A stretch of 64,000 nt of DNA from an uncultured Gemmataceae bacterium (GCA_963750165.1 CAVVPN010000011.1:800001-864000), one strand, 5' to 3'. Positions 20,851 through 30,492 are shown, counted from the first letter of the stretch. Notes: generated by a model from the sequence alone, not told the origin. Numbers and translations: made by a program.

Positions 20851-21767
20851 GTCGTTTCTCTCAAGCCTTGTTCGGGGCGGCCCTCGCCATGCTGGTGGGC
20901 CTTGCCACAGCCGTGGCACAGAATCCGGGCGGTCAGCCGCCGGGCGGCAAGCAACCCGCGGGCGCCGGCGGTTCCGGCCCGTACAAGGCGATCGTCATCG
21001 GTGAGCCGACCCTGGCGTCGCACGCCGTTTACCGCCCCAGGGACCTCTCGCCCTTCGGCAAGGACAACAAGCTGTCGATCGTCCTGTGGGGCAACGGCGG
21101 CGGCGCCAACAGTTCCAGCAGCTATGCCCGATTCCTCACGGAAATCGCCTCGCACGGGTTCCTCGTGGTGGCCATCGGTCCGGTGAAAGGCGCGGCGAAG
21201 GACGGCAAGGGGGCTGGCGGCAAGGGGGGCGGGACCAAATCCTCCCAGTTGCTTGACGGGCTGAACTGGGCCATCGCCCAGAACGAAGGGGACGGCGACT
21301 ACAAGGGGAAACTCGACACGAAGAAGGTTGCCGCGATGGGCCATTCCCTCGGCGGGTTGCAGGCCCTGGAAATCTCCACCGATCCCCGCATCACGACGAC
21401 CGTCTGCTGGAACAGCGGGGTGCTCGGCGGCGGCAAGGCGCTGGGGCCCAAGGTGTCCCGGGATGACTTGAACAAGTTGCACGGGCCGCTCGCATATTTC
21501 AACGGCGGGCCGAAGGACATCGCGACCCCGAACGCGGAGGCCGACTTCAAGGCAATCAAGACCCTTCCGGTCTTTTTCGCCAGCTGCGACGTGGGGCACG
21601 GTGGGACTTTTGTGCAACCGAATGGCGGCGGGTACGGGGTGGTGGGGGTGGCCTGGTTGAAGTGGCAGCTCAAGGGAGACGAGGAGGCCGCCAGGATGTT
21701 CCGGGGCGACCCCCCCGGGCTGGCCGCCGACAAAAAGTGGACCGTAAAGGCGAAGAACCTGAAATAG
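20847..21767 (+). CDS. Secreted alpha/beta hydrolase (cutinase/chlorophyllase-like)
   Basis: Signal peptide, IASHGFLVVA, GHSLGG nucleophile, D and H downstream; ATGA overlap with the upstream gene. Confidence 0.85.
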   Translation: MSRFSQALFGAALAMLVGLATAVAQNPGGQPPGGKQPAGAGGSGPYKAIVIGEPTLASHAVYRPRDLSPFGKDNKLSIVLWGNGGGANSSSSYARFLTEIASHGFLVVAIGPVKGAAKDGKGAGGKGGGTKSSQLLDGLNWAIAQNEGDGDYKGKLDTKKVAAMGHSLGGLQALEISTDPRITTTVCWNSGVLGGGKALGPKVSRDDLNKLHGPLAYFNGGPKDIATPNAEADFKAIKTLPVFFASCDVGHGGTFVQPNGGGYGVVGVAWLKWQLKGDEEAARMFRGDPPGLAADKKWTVKAKNLK

Positions 21768-21774
21768 TAGAAAA

Positions 21775-21811
21775 CCCCTCCCCCCTCCCCTGCGAGGAGA
21801 GGGGGGAGGGG
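21775..21811. repeat. Palindromic REP-like hairpin / possible bidirectional terminator
   Basis: cccctccccctc...gaggggggagggg between convergent genes. Confidence 0.6.
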
Positions 21812-21838
21812 CATCCTACAGAGCATGACTGTCTGCGA

Positions 21839-22378
21839 TTATTCGGTTGTGAAGCGGACCTCGTCGCACACCAGGTAACCGCCCGGCGGCGCGCCCGAAA
21901 AGCGGATGTAGGCGATCGCCGAACCCTTCACCGTCAGCTCGAAGCTCGGGATCGGCTGCTCCGGCCTGGTTCGCTTCGGCACCTTCTCCCGCGACGCCCT
22001 GGCCACCACCTTGCCGTCCCTGTCACACGCCTCCACGAGGGCCGCGCTGCCGACCGACCCCCACAACACCAGCGTGACGCTCGACACCGGTTTCGGAAAG
22101 CGGACCTCGACCGGGATCGACTCGTTGGCCATCGCGTTGAGAATGCCCTTCCGCGGTGTCTTCAGGTGCGGAAAGAACATCACCCGCCCCGCAGCCTTGC
22201 TCCTGGCCGGCTGATGCGCCGGGGCGAAGACGACGCCCTGGTTGGTGTAACTCGGCATCGGCTTTCCCGTTTCGACCTTGTCGAAGGTGATGGTCACCGG
22301 CCCCTGGGCCGGCGCCGCGCCTGCGGGCGCGAAGAGACCGCTGAGGACCGCCAGGCTGATTATTCGCGTGTGCGTCAT
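21839..22378 (-). CDS. Secreted hypothetical protein
   Basis: Signal peptide, beta-sandwich-like sequence; 3 bp downstream of DUF1552. Confidence 0.75.
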   Translation of the reverse strand: MTHTRIISLAVLSGLFAPAGAAPAQGPVTITFDKVETGKPMPSYTNQGVVFAPAHQPARSKAAGRVMFFPHLKTPRKGILNAMANESIPVEVRFPKPVSSVTLVLWGSVGSAALVEACDRDGKVVARASREKVPKRTRPEQPIPSFELTVKGSAIAYIRFSGAPPGGYLVCDEVRFTTE

Positions 22379-22381
22379 GGT

Positions 22382-23698
22382 TCACACCATTTCCAGCCCG
22401 CGCATCGTGCCCGTCGAGGGGCCGAAGCTGTTCTGATTGATCCCCATCCGTCGTAGCATCGACACGAACAGGTTGGGGAGCGGATAGTTGCGACTGCGGT
22501 CGAAGGTCAGGTGCTGGCCGTGCCGGAAGCCGCCGCCGGCAAACAGGGTCGGCAGGTTCGTTGTCGAGTGCGCGTTGGCGTCCCCCAGGTTGGAGCCGTA
22601 CAGGACCATCGTGCGGTCCAGGAGCCGCGCCCCGCCTTCCCGCACCTCCTTCAAGCCCTGGAGCAGGCCGGCCAGCAGCCGCATGTGCCCTTCGTCGATC
22701 ACCCGGAGTTGCGCCAGCTTTTCCTCGGCCATGCCGTGGTGCGACAGGTTGTGATAGCTGTCGGTGATCGTGGCGCCGGCGATCTGCAGGACCGGCGTGC
22801 CGACGCTGTTGAGCATCAGCGTGATGGCGCGGGTCGAATCGGTCTCGAAGGCCAGGCGCGCCAGGTCGTACATGACCTGCACGCGGGCCATGTACTGCGC
22901 CGGGCTGGCGGGGTCGGTCGGGGCACTGACGTTGACCCGCGGCCTCGGGCGGTCGGCCCAGCCGCGCGACTCCTGGAGCCGGTGCTCCAGGTCGCGGACG
23001 CTGGAAAAATACTGGTCGAGCCGGCCGCGGTCGCGGGCGCCGACCTGCCGTTGGAGGTCCCTGGCCTGCCCAGCGACCGCGTCCAGGATGCTCCGCCCCG
23101 TGTCGATTTCCCGGATCTGGGCCTCGACCTGGGCGGGGGTGCCTTGCAGGAAGAGCTGGTTGAACACCCGGGACGCCTGGTTTTCCGGCGGGATCGCCAC
23201 GCCGGTGCGCGTCCACGACAGGCTGCGGCCGCCGTTGACCGCCAGCGTCAGCGACGGGAACCGCGTCGAATTGCCGACCCGCTCGGCCACCAACTGGTCG
23301 AGCGAGATCGAGTTGCGGAACGAGCTGCTGGCCGGGTGCGGGGCCGCGGTCAAAAAGCAGATGTCCGACGGGTGGCCGCCGTCCACGCCCGGGTGCGACA
23401 CGCCGCTCAGCACGGTGAAGTCGGCGCGGTGCTCTTGCAGCAGCGTCAGGTAGGGCGAGGGCGTGAAATCACGGCCGGCGTCCCGGGGGAAGAAGCGGTC
23501 CGGCAGCAGGCCCAGGTTGTTGCAGATGCAAAACATCCGCGGCGGCGGGCCTGGGTTCTGCGCGGACGGCGCCTGCATCGACTCCAGCAGCGGCAGCGCC
23601 AGCGCCACGGCCGCGCCGCGGAGGAAGCGCCGCCGCGAGATCGGCCGCCGGGTGGATGCGAACGGGGCCGTGAACGCTGAGCCGGTTTGCGGGTTCAT
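22382..23698 (-). CDS. DUF1552 family protein (Tat-exported)
   Basis: SRRRFLRGAAVALALPLLESM, SISLDQL, LLDRTMVLYGSNLGDANAH. Confidence 0.92.
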   Translation of the reverse strand: MNPQTGSAFTAPFASTRRPISRRRFLRGAAVALALPLLESMQAPSAQNPGPPPRMFCICNNLGLLPDRFFPRDAGRDFTPSPYLTLLQEHRADFTVLSGVSHPGVDGGHPSDICFLTAAPHPASSSFRNSISLDQLVAERVGNSTRFPSLTLAVNGGRSLSWTRTGVAIPPENQASRVFNQLFLQGTPAQVEAQIREIDTGRSILDAVAGQARDLQRQVGARDRGRLDQYFSSVRDLEHRLQESRGWADRPRPRVNVSAPTDPASPAQYMARVQVMYDLARLAFETDSTRAITLMLNSVGTPVLQIAGATITDSYHNLSHHGMAEEKLAQLRVIDEGHMRLLAGLLQGLKEVREGGARLLDRTMVLYGSNLGDANAHSTTNLPTLFAGGGFRHGQHLTFDRSRNYPLPNLFVSMLRRMGINQNSFGPSTGTMRGLEMV

Positions 23699-23726
23699 CG
23701 CCGGTCTTCCCTACTGGTTGCGGAAC
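23692..23726. repeat. Left copy of DUF1592-stop/DUF1552-start junction repeat (partner 30458-30492)
   Basis: ggttcatcgc-cggt-cttccctactggttgcggaac vs ggttcatcgc-tctc-cttccctactggttccggaac. Confidence 0.8.
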
Positions 23727-24153
23727 GCCCTTGGGGCCACGGCGGCGGATTTGGGAGTCCAGCTTACCCAACCGGAGGCACGGGGGCAATAAGTTTCCCT
23801 TTGATAACGCTGCCGAGAGCCACCCTATCGCCGCCTGATACCTGTTCCGGCGGTTCCTGTCCGGTTCCCTCCCCCTGGGTGGGGTTGAGTTTGCCACTTT
23901 GCCAGATTGCCAGATTACACCTATCCCATGACGGCACTTCGGCACGGACTGGCAACCCTCGGCACCGCCACACCCCACCGCAACGCGCTATAATCTGGCT
24001 GTGTCCCCCCACCTTCCCTCTCCCCCCTGGCGGGGGAGAGGGAACCGGACACCCTCTCCCGGTTCGTGTATGAGCCGGACGCACAAGTGGCCTATCTGGC
24101 CTTTGGGGCAGGTGCTTGTACCTGATCGATGAAGCTGTCCCTGGCAAGCTGGC

Positions 24154-24630
24154 TTACGTGATCAGCACCGCCTCGACGGCGTCGTACCAGGCGACGACGC
24201 GATCAACCACGTCCCCAAGCAAGACGTCCGTCAGTGGGGCGCAATTCGCCTGCGTGTGGTGGACGAGCTTCGGGCCGTCCCCGTTCACGACCGGCTCCGC
24301 GAGCCAGGAGAAAAACGCCTGTTCGTCCCGCACCGTGAAGAAGAACAGGCAGACGGGGTAGGTGAATTTCCTCAGTCCCTGGAAGAAGCCCATCGTCGGT
24401 CCGAGAACCTTGTTCGCCTGCTCGGCAGTCGTGGGGGAGGGCACGCCGCGCAGCAGGACGCCGAAGACAATCCGCATCGGCTTGTCCTCGCGGTCCACGT
24501 AGACGTGGAGGTCCAGGTCTGTCTGCTCCTTTGTCTCCACGACGCGCAGGTCGTCCCTCCGGGTGAGGATGACGTTGGCCCTGGAACGCACCTGGTCGCC
24601 GATATAACGCTCGTTCGTCTCCCTGGTCAT
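24154..24630 (-). CDS. DUF4365-like PD-(D/E)XK-fold protein, probably with degenerate catalytic motif
   Basis: DLDLHV...FGVLLRG, YPVCLFFF. Confidence 0.7.
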   Translation of the reverse strand: MTRETNERYIGDQVRSRANVILTRRDDLRVVETKEQTDLDLHVYVDREDKPMRIVFGVLLRGVPSPTTAEQANKVLGPTMGFFQGLRKFTYPVCLFFFTVRDEQAFFSWLAEPVVNGDGPKLVHHTQANCAPLTDVLLGDVVDRVVAWYDAVEAVLIT

Positions 24631-24639
24631 GGCGAGTCC

Positions 24640-25134
24640 TCATTGGTTGTGAAAAGACGACGAGGTCCGCCTCATATCGCGGCCTTGCCAGAACCCGCGT
24701 ACTTCCTCCCACAGTCGCAGGAGGGTCGCGCCGTTCAACTCGTGAGCCGTGGTGATGGACGGGATCGCCGCGCTCATGCCCTGGTGAACCGAGATGACGA
24801 ACGCCCGTTCGTCGCGTTCCTGGACTCCGATGACGTAGGTGGGGGCCGGGAATGCGACCATCTGGCGAATATCCTCCTCAGCGAACTCGACCCGAAGGCG
24901 TGGAGGGTTCTGCGTCCTGGTGTAGTCCTTCCGGGTAGTCTTCACCTGCACGAAGAAGAAGGGCGTGCTGGGGCCGACGTCAACCAGTTCGACCAGGAAG
25001 TCGAACGTCTGCTTCTTCTCACCCAGGAAGTGCGGCCAGAAGTAAGGCAGGTCGGCGTCGGTCCGCCAGATCCGGTCGAACCGCATCGAGGCAATCGACT
25101 CGCCTCTACCCCCGATGTAGTCGGATTTTCCCAT
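24640..25134 (-). CDS. DUF4365-like PD-(D/E)XK nuclease-fold protein
   Basis: GGRGE, FDFLVEL...FFVQVKTT. Confidence 0.75.
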   Translation of the reverse strand: MGKSDYIGGRGESIASMRFDRIWRTDADLPYFWPHFLGEKKQTFDFLVELVDVGPSTPFFFVQVKTTRKDYTRTQNPPRLRVEFAEEDIRQMVAFPAPTYVIGVQERDERAFVISVHQGMSAAIPSITTAHELNGATLLRLWEEVRGFWQGRDMRRTSSSFHNQ

Positions 25135-25337
25135 CGGCGCCCCTTCCCACACAATCCTTTCTGTTGATTCTACGGAAGTGGCGGCTGGAGAGCCGCGCGT
25201 TGTCGTCGAGAGCCACCCTATCGCGGCCTGAGCCGGGCGCAGAAGTGGCCGGTCTGGTGCGCGGCGATCCACACGCCGATAGCAATGTGACTGCCGCGCC
25301 GAGGGCTTCGACGCGAACGCACCTCGGTGTGTCCGGC

Positions 25338-25532
25338 GAATGGCACTAGCTTAAGCGCAAGCTGTGGATTGGTAATACTTTACTGCGCAGCACCGCGGTT
25401 GGGGGCCTGCGGCCTCCCTCACGAGGCGCTGAAATCCGCAGGCCTCATCCATCAGCGCCGGCGAGCCGACTTTTCGGCGCTACTGCGCAAGTCGTTACGA
25501 GAAAGCCACTTGCGATTAAGCTAGTGCCATTC
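25338..25532. mobile_element. 195-bp MITE with IS4-like terminal inverted repeats and 11-bp target duplication
   Basis: TIR gaatggcactagcttaa / ttaagctagtgccattc; TSD gtgtgtccggc at 25327-25337 and 25533-25543. Confidence 0.9.
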
Positions 25533-25681
25533 GTGTGTCCGGCCGCAGGCGCAACGAACATCGTCTTGTCCACGCTGCGTCTCGAAAAGCAATCATGCGG
25601 CCCCCGGCTGCTTTTCGTCTTCGTCAACCGTATTCGCATGGACAAAATTTCACTTGACGCTTTGCTGTGTGCTTATAAAAC

Positions 25682-27039
25682 CTGACCGTCACGGATTGTG
25701 GGGCGAATGATTTCCGCGGCGGTATCCACCCAGGGAAGCGGATACCAAGAGGTTTTGGAGCCAGTCGTCGTGATACCGGTGCTGGTTGATCCGCTCCGCC
25801 GGGCTGCGCCAGCCGCCGTGGGCCCGCGCCGTCGCGGGGTGCCACGGCCGGAAGTTGTGCAACAGCGCCCACCCCCGACAGTGCAGGGCACAGGCCGCGG
25901 CGCTGCCGTGCAGGTGCTGCGCGTCCTCGAAGTAGCGGCTCATGGACCGCATCAGCCGGTCCAGCATGGTGCTGGTCCGGTGGCCGCCCGGGTGCCGGTA
26001 CGCCACGCCATACTCCCGCGCCCGGCCGCACAACTTCTCGACCTGTTCCAGCAACCAGGCGGTCAGGGGTTGGACCCGCGCCCACTGCCCCAACCGCCGC
26101 AGCCGTTGCGCGAAACTCCGGCGGTCCGGGCGCGGAACGCCTCCCACACCTTCCGGGACAGTTCCGCGAACGCCGCGCTGAGTTTGCCCCGGCTGCGGAG
26201 GTTGAGCCAGCCGTGCAAGAAGCAGCGCAACAACACCACCAGCGGGAACAAAGTCCGCCACGCCTGGTGGGTGGCCGCCCAGCCATCCACACTCACCGTC
26301 TGGGGTCGGTAGTCGGGCTGCACGTCGTGCGCCTCCTCCTGGAAGGTCGTGTAGGCGGCTTGCAAGTCCTCGGCGCCGGCCGTCTGGGCCAGGGCCGCCC
26401 CCAGGCAACAGCCCTCCCCGACCGTGGTGGCGATGTAGTTCTTCAGGCCGGCGCGGCTCTGGTGGTGCTCGTCGGCGAGCAGGTGCTCGGGCAGGGGGGC
26501 GCGGCGGAGGGTGGTGCCGACGATGCTGTGGCGCCCCAGGCCGACCGCCAGGCGATACCAGTACATGGCGTCCCTGCCGAAGACGCGGGCCAGGGCCCAG
26601 AAGGGCACGCCGAAGGCCCGCAGGAACAAGGGCGCCTGCACCTGGTCGGCCGAACCGGTCTGGTACGGCAGGGCGAAACTGGGGCGGACGGAGAAGGCCT
26701 GGCCGGTGGCCCGCAGGCGGAGGCGGCGCAGCGCAGGCCGGTCTTGGCGGAGCGGCGGCTGTCCTTGAGGCGGTAGCCCAGGGCGAAGTCTTGGGGGAAC
26801 AACTCCGGCCAGGAGCGGAAGGCTTGATCGAGCCAGCCGCGAAACCGCCTTGGGTCCTCGACGAGGTCTTGGTAGGCGTCTGTGCCGATGGGCAAACAAA
26901 TGGTAGAACAAGAGCGGGCCAAGGGTCACCTCCGCGTCGTGCGGGTTTACAGCAAAGGTGATTCTTGGCCCGTTTCATGCGCTTGTCCCCTGGACGCTTG
27001 TTTACAACTCCAGGCCGCCCCTCAATCCGTGACGGTCAG
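25682..27039 (-). mobile_element. Insertion sequence (1358 bp), family unassigned
   Basis: TIR ctgaccgtcacggattg.ggggcg at both ends; 8-bp TSD tataaaac at 25674-25681 and 27040-27047. Confidence 0.92.
25689..26922 (-). CDS. DDE transposase, with apparent frameshifts near 26745 and 26125
   Basis: LLADEHH, VSVDGW, RCFLH, RTSTMLDRLM, LLHNF spread over three frames. Confidence 0.8.
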
Positions 27040-27131
27040 TATAAAACTAGCAATTAATGCCGGCGAGCGGCAATTCCCGGAGTAACTTCCTCTAGGTCCA
27101 CAGATACCAACCTCCAACTCGAGGTCCACCC

Positions 27132-28613
27132 ATGAGCCCGCAACCCTCGACATCATGCCGCGCAGTTCGCTCCTTGGTTCTGGCTGGCGCGGTTGTTGCT
27201 TTTCTGGCCCTCGCTTCCGACCTGTTCGCCGGACCCCCAATTTCTTTCATCAACGGTGACGACTTTCGCCTATCTCGTTTCGGCGACACGGAAGGCCGCC
27301 TGATGGCCGTCCCGGCTCGCGGCCCTTCGGGGGTGAGGGGTGCCTTTGGTCGAGTCGGCGGCGTTTTGTTTCAAGGGACGGCAAAACCCGCGAACCCCAT
27401 CAAGGGCCCCATCAAGCTTTCGTTCAAACCAAAAGGTAAACATGATGCCAGCCTCCAGGTCGAGTTCGACGGGATGCAAGGCTCATCTGAAGTGCCGGCC
27501 TGGGTTTGGGTTGTCGCGGCACGATTCGCGGCAAACGGCAACACAGCGGCAATCAGCCTGTACGGCAACCCCGAAACCAAGGCCGATGTCGATTACCTCA
27601 GGGCCAATCCCGATGGGTTTTTGGTTAATTATCATCCTGAGTTGGCAAACACGTTGGTAGGATTCATGCTCTTTTTGTCTGACACAATGTTTGTCCAAGG
27701 TAACCCCAACCTCATGCGCAAGGCCACCACGAAGCTGCAGGATTTTGATAAGTACTCAGGTTACCACCAAAAGTTCAATGAACCGAAAAGCGCCGCGGCG
27801 GCGAAACAGCTCGCGGCGGCCATCAACGTCGGCGATTGGCAAACCTACATGCTCAACGACGTCGCGACCGATTACACATTCGCCGTCGCCGGCGGCGCAC
27901 TGAAGTTAACGGGAGTGCCGGATTACCAATTCGCCAAATTCGACAAGAAGTTGGAAATTAAGAATGGTAAACTCACCAATAACGATCCAAAAGACAAAAC
28001 AACCAAGGTGGCCTGCAAGACGCACAAGTTCATGATGGAGGCTGGCGAGGCGTACAAAATCCGCATGGTGAGCAGCGAGGTGGATGCTTTCCTCCGCCTC
28101 GAAGACAAAGACGGTAAACAGTTGGCGGAAAACGACGACGAGAACAAAAGCACCTTTAACGCGCGAATCGACTTCGTGTGCAACGCAACTGCGGAGTATC
28201 ACATCATCGCCACCTGCTATCCGAAACCGGTGGATCCTAAGTTAGCGACGGTGGGAAAGTATCAACTAACTGTGGAGCAGATGGTTGCGGTTAACAACGC
28301 CTCAAAGGCGATCCGGGACAACCGTAACTTGCTTTACGACCTGAACCCTCAACTTTATGCCGTGGTCGATGACTTCGCCCAGATGGTGGCATTTTTCAAT
28401 TACGTCAAGGCCCAGAATCCTGCCGGCTTCAAGGCGTTTGTGAACCAACTCGGCGATGTGATGAAGATCATACCCGAGATGAAAACCCCCGCAGGTTGGG
28501 CGCCCAAGGCCGTCAAATCCACACTCTCGGGATCCCACGCGCGGCCACTTGTCCATTGGGCAGGGTCCGAAGTTACGCGACGCTACTCCGAGGTGTCAGG
28601 CTTGTCCTATTGA
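27132..28613 (+). CDS. Secreted hypothetical protein with internal PPC-like domain
   Basis: Signal-like N-terminus; DAFLRLEDKDGKQLAENDD...NARI. Confidence 0.8.
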   Translation: MSPQPSTSCRAVRSLVLAGAVVAFLALASDLFAGPPISFINGDDFRLSRFGDTEGRLMAVPARGPSGVRGAFGRVGGVLFQGTAKPANPIKGPIKLSFKPKGKHDASLQVEFDGMQGSSEVPAWVWVVAARFAANGNTAAISLYGNPETKADVDYLRANPDGFLVNYHPELANTLVGFMLFLSDTMFVQGNPNLMRKATTKLQDFDKYSGYHQKFNEPKSAAAAKQLAAAINVGDWQTYMLNDVATDYTFAVAGGALKLTGVPDYQFAKFDKKLEIKNGKLTNNDPKDKTTKVACKTHKFMMEAGEAYKIRMVSSEVDAFLRLEDKDGKQLAENDDENKSTFNARIDFVCNATAEYHIIATCYPKPVDPKLATVGKYQLTVEQMVAVNNASKAIRDNRNLLYDLNPQLYAVVDDFAQMVAFFNYVKAQNPAGFKAFVNQLGDVMKIIPEMKTPAGWAPKAVKSTLSGSHARPLVHWAGSEVTRRYSEVSGLSY

Positions 28614-28650
28614 GTTCGCGTAGCCATCCTGCCAAGGCGAGTGGAGAGAG

Positions 28651-29676
28651 TTGTCATTGGAGCGTACACCATCTGACAACCTGAACAACCGATTTTACCA
28701 CTCTTTTCCGAGGCGAGCGAAGGAGGATTCTGTTGCCCAAGGTCTTGCAATCCTCCAGTCCATCCTGGAAACGGGACTCTTACTGGTCCCCGAACTGAAT
28801 GAATTCCCAGGCGAGTTAGACGAGGACACTGGCCAGGTCGGGTCTCCGCTCAGGGCTTTCCGGCGAAGGTTCTGCCTCACACAGCTTTCGGCCGCCGAAG
28901 TTGGCGGTCACGGGGCCGTGTTCGGCAATTTCCACCTTGCGTTTACCTGGCAAGTGGTGAGGCTGCTTGGTGCAATCCCGGTGATCTACATTCCCCAGCC
29001 GCTTGGAGTGGGCCAACACGACCTCGGCCTCCTGGGTAACACCCTGGTCCATCGGATGTTCGAAATTCAACAGTTACTCGAAGACCTCGACAACCTTAAT
29101 CAATCTATTGCCGCGAACCGCGAGTGCTCGCAGATCGAGCTCAACGTCGCAGATCGCAAGCGGGTCTTTAGGACGGAGGACCTATCTTGGTTATTGTCTT
29201 CCTTGACCGATCGACGACAGCCTTTGGCCGTGTTGGCGGCGGTGACCAAGGTCATGTCGGCGTTTTTTCATCCCACGGAGTACTATGCAGAAGAAAAGGG
29301 AAGCTGGGGTGCCGGTAGGTTAGGGGCAGCCAAGGGCCTGTCCTATTACAAGCAGCGCGAGTGGCGGATCGTAGGCGACATTGTGTTGAAGCAGGAGAAA
29401 CTTGACCGAAAATTGTTAGACACCGAAAGTCGTCGGCTCCTGTCTTTTGACGGCGAGTTTTTCGGTCGTCAAATGGAGTTCCCTTCGGGCAAATGGCGGT
29501 TGGTGGACAAATGCACGACGATCGAGGCCGTCGGGGGTAAGCACGTCCGGTTCTTAATAGACGCGATCATCGTGCCTAACGAGGCGTTGGAGCGCGCGGC
29601 GCAATTGGCGCAACAGTTCGGGCTGGTTGGTGACGCGGTAACGACCATCGACGAGTTAACGAGGCGTGCACAATGA
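28651..29676 (+). CDS. AbiGi-like (ART-fold) protein
   Basis: FYHSF, ILQSILETGL, FCLTQL...H...FG, GAIPVIY, YYKQREWR; TTG start after ggagag; lower GC. Confidence 0.65.
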   Translation: MSLERTPSDNLNNRFYHSFPRRAKEDSVAQGLAILQSILETGLLLVPELNEFPGELDEDTGQVGSPLRAFRRRFCLTQLSAAEVGGHGAVFGNFHLAFTWQVVRLLGAIPVIYIPQPLGVGQHDLGLLGNTLVHRMFEIQQLLEDLDNLNQSIAANRECSQIELNVADRKRVFRTEDLSWLLSSLTDRRQPLAVLAAVTKVMSAFFHPTEYYAEEKGSWGAGRLGAAKGLSYYKQREWRIVGDIVLKQEKLDRKLLDTESRRLLSFDGEFFGRQMEFPSGKWRLVDKCTTIEAVGGKHVRFLIDAIIVPNEALERAAQLAQQFGLVGDAVTTIDELTRRAQ

Positions 29677-30401
29677 ACTCCACTTGGAACAGCTTGGAAG
29701 TGGCTAAACTGTTCGTTTCCTTCCTGACTCCCCTGGTCGTTTTGCTCGTCGGCGTTTGGGTGCGCAAGCTTCTGGAGAAGTTGGAATCCGCTCAGTGGGT
29801 AAATCAAACAGTCATCGAGTGGAAGATGCGGGCTTACGAAGAAATGGCGCCCGCGTTAAACGATGTGTTTTGCTACATGTTGTATGTTGGCAGTTGGAAG
29901 GAGTTGACGCCCCCGAAGATCCTCGAAACAAAGCGGTTCTTGGACAAAAAAATTGCTGTGCTCGGACCGCTGTTTTCTGATGGCCCTCATGTCGCGCTGC
30001 GGGAATTCATGGATCTTTGCTTCAAGACCTGGCGCAGGCGCAACTCGGACGCGGGGTTCCGTACGGATTTTGATTCGCGGAGGGAGGCGCTGGGTAATCA
30101 ATGGAATAAGGAATGGGAGGCTCTGTTTGTCGAGGAGCGGGAAAAATCGAGCCGGGAACAGATCGAAGCGAAATACAAGGAACTGGTGAGGCTGTTGGTG
30201 CGAGACCTTAACCTGTCGCTTCATATCGAGTCGGTTGGGCAACGTGCGGTGTCGGGCGCACAGGTGGCGAACGCTGGCGCGCCACTGGATCAGAATGGCT
30301 TGCCTGGCACCGCAGGCCGAGGGCAACAGTCAGCCGAACATGCTGAACCGTTCCCTCCCGGGACAGCAGCAAGGGAATCTATCGTGCGAGAATCCCAATA
30401 G
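29673..30401 (+). CDS. Hypothetical membrane-anchored protein coupled to the AbiGi-like gene
   Basis: ATGA overlap; N-terminal TM (LFVSFLTPLVVLLVGVWV), helical body. Confidence 0.75.
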   Translation: MNSTWNSLEVAKLFVSFLTPLVVLLVGVWVRKLLEKLESAQWVNQTVIEWKMRAYEEMAPALNDVFCYMLYVGSWKELTPPKILETKRFLDKKIAVLGPLFSDGPHVALREFMDLCFKTWRRRNSDAGFRTDFDSRREALGNQWNKEWEALFVEEREKSSREQIEAKYKELVRLLVRDLNLSLHIESVGQRAVSGAQVANAGAPLDQNGLPGTAGRGQQSAEHAEPFPPGTAARESIVRESQ

Positions 30402-30457
30402 GCGTTGGACGGTCCAACGCTACAGGATGTGGGGCCCGAAACCTCCAGCGGGTTGCT

Positions 30458-30492
30458 GGTTCATCGCTCTCCTTCCCTACTGGTTCCGGAAC
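30458..30492. repeat. Right copy of DUF1592-stop/DUF1552-start junction repeat
   Basis: See 23692-23726; RBS and ATG at 30464 (minus) lead into only 14 codons. Confidence 0.8.
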
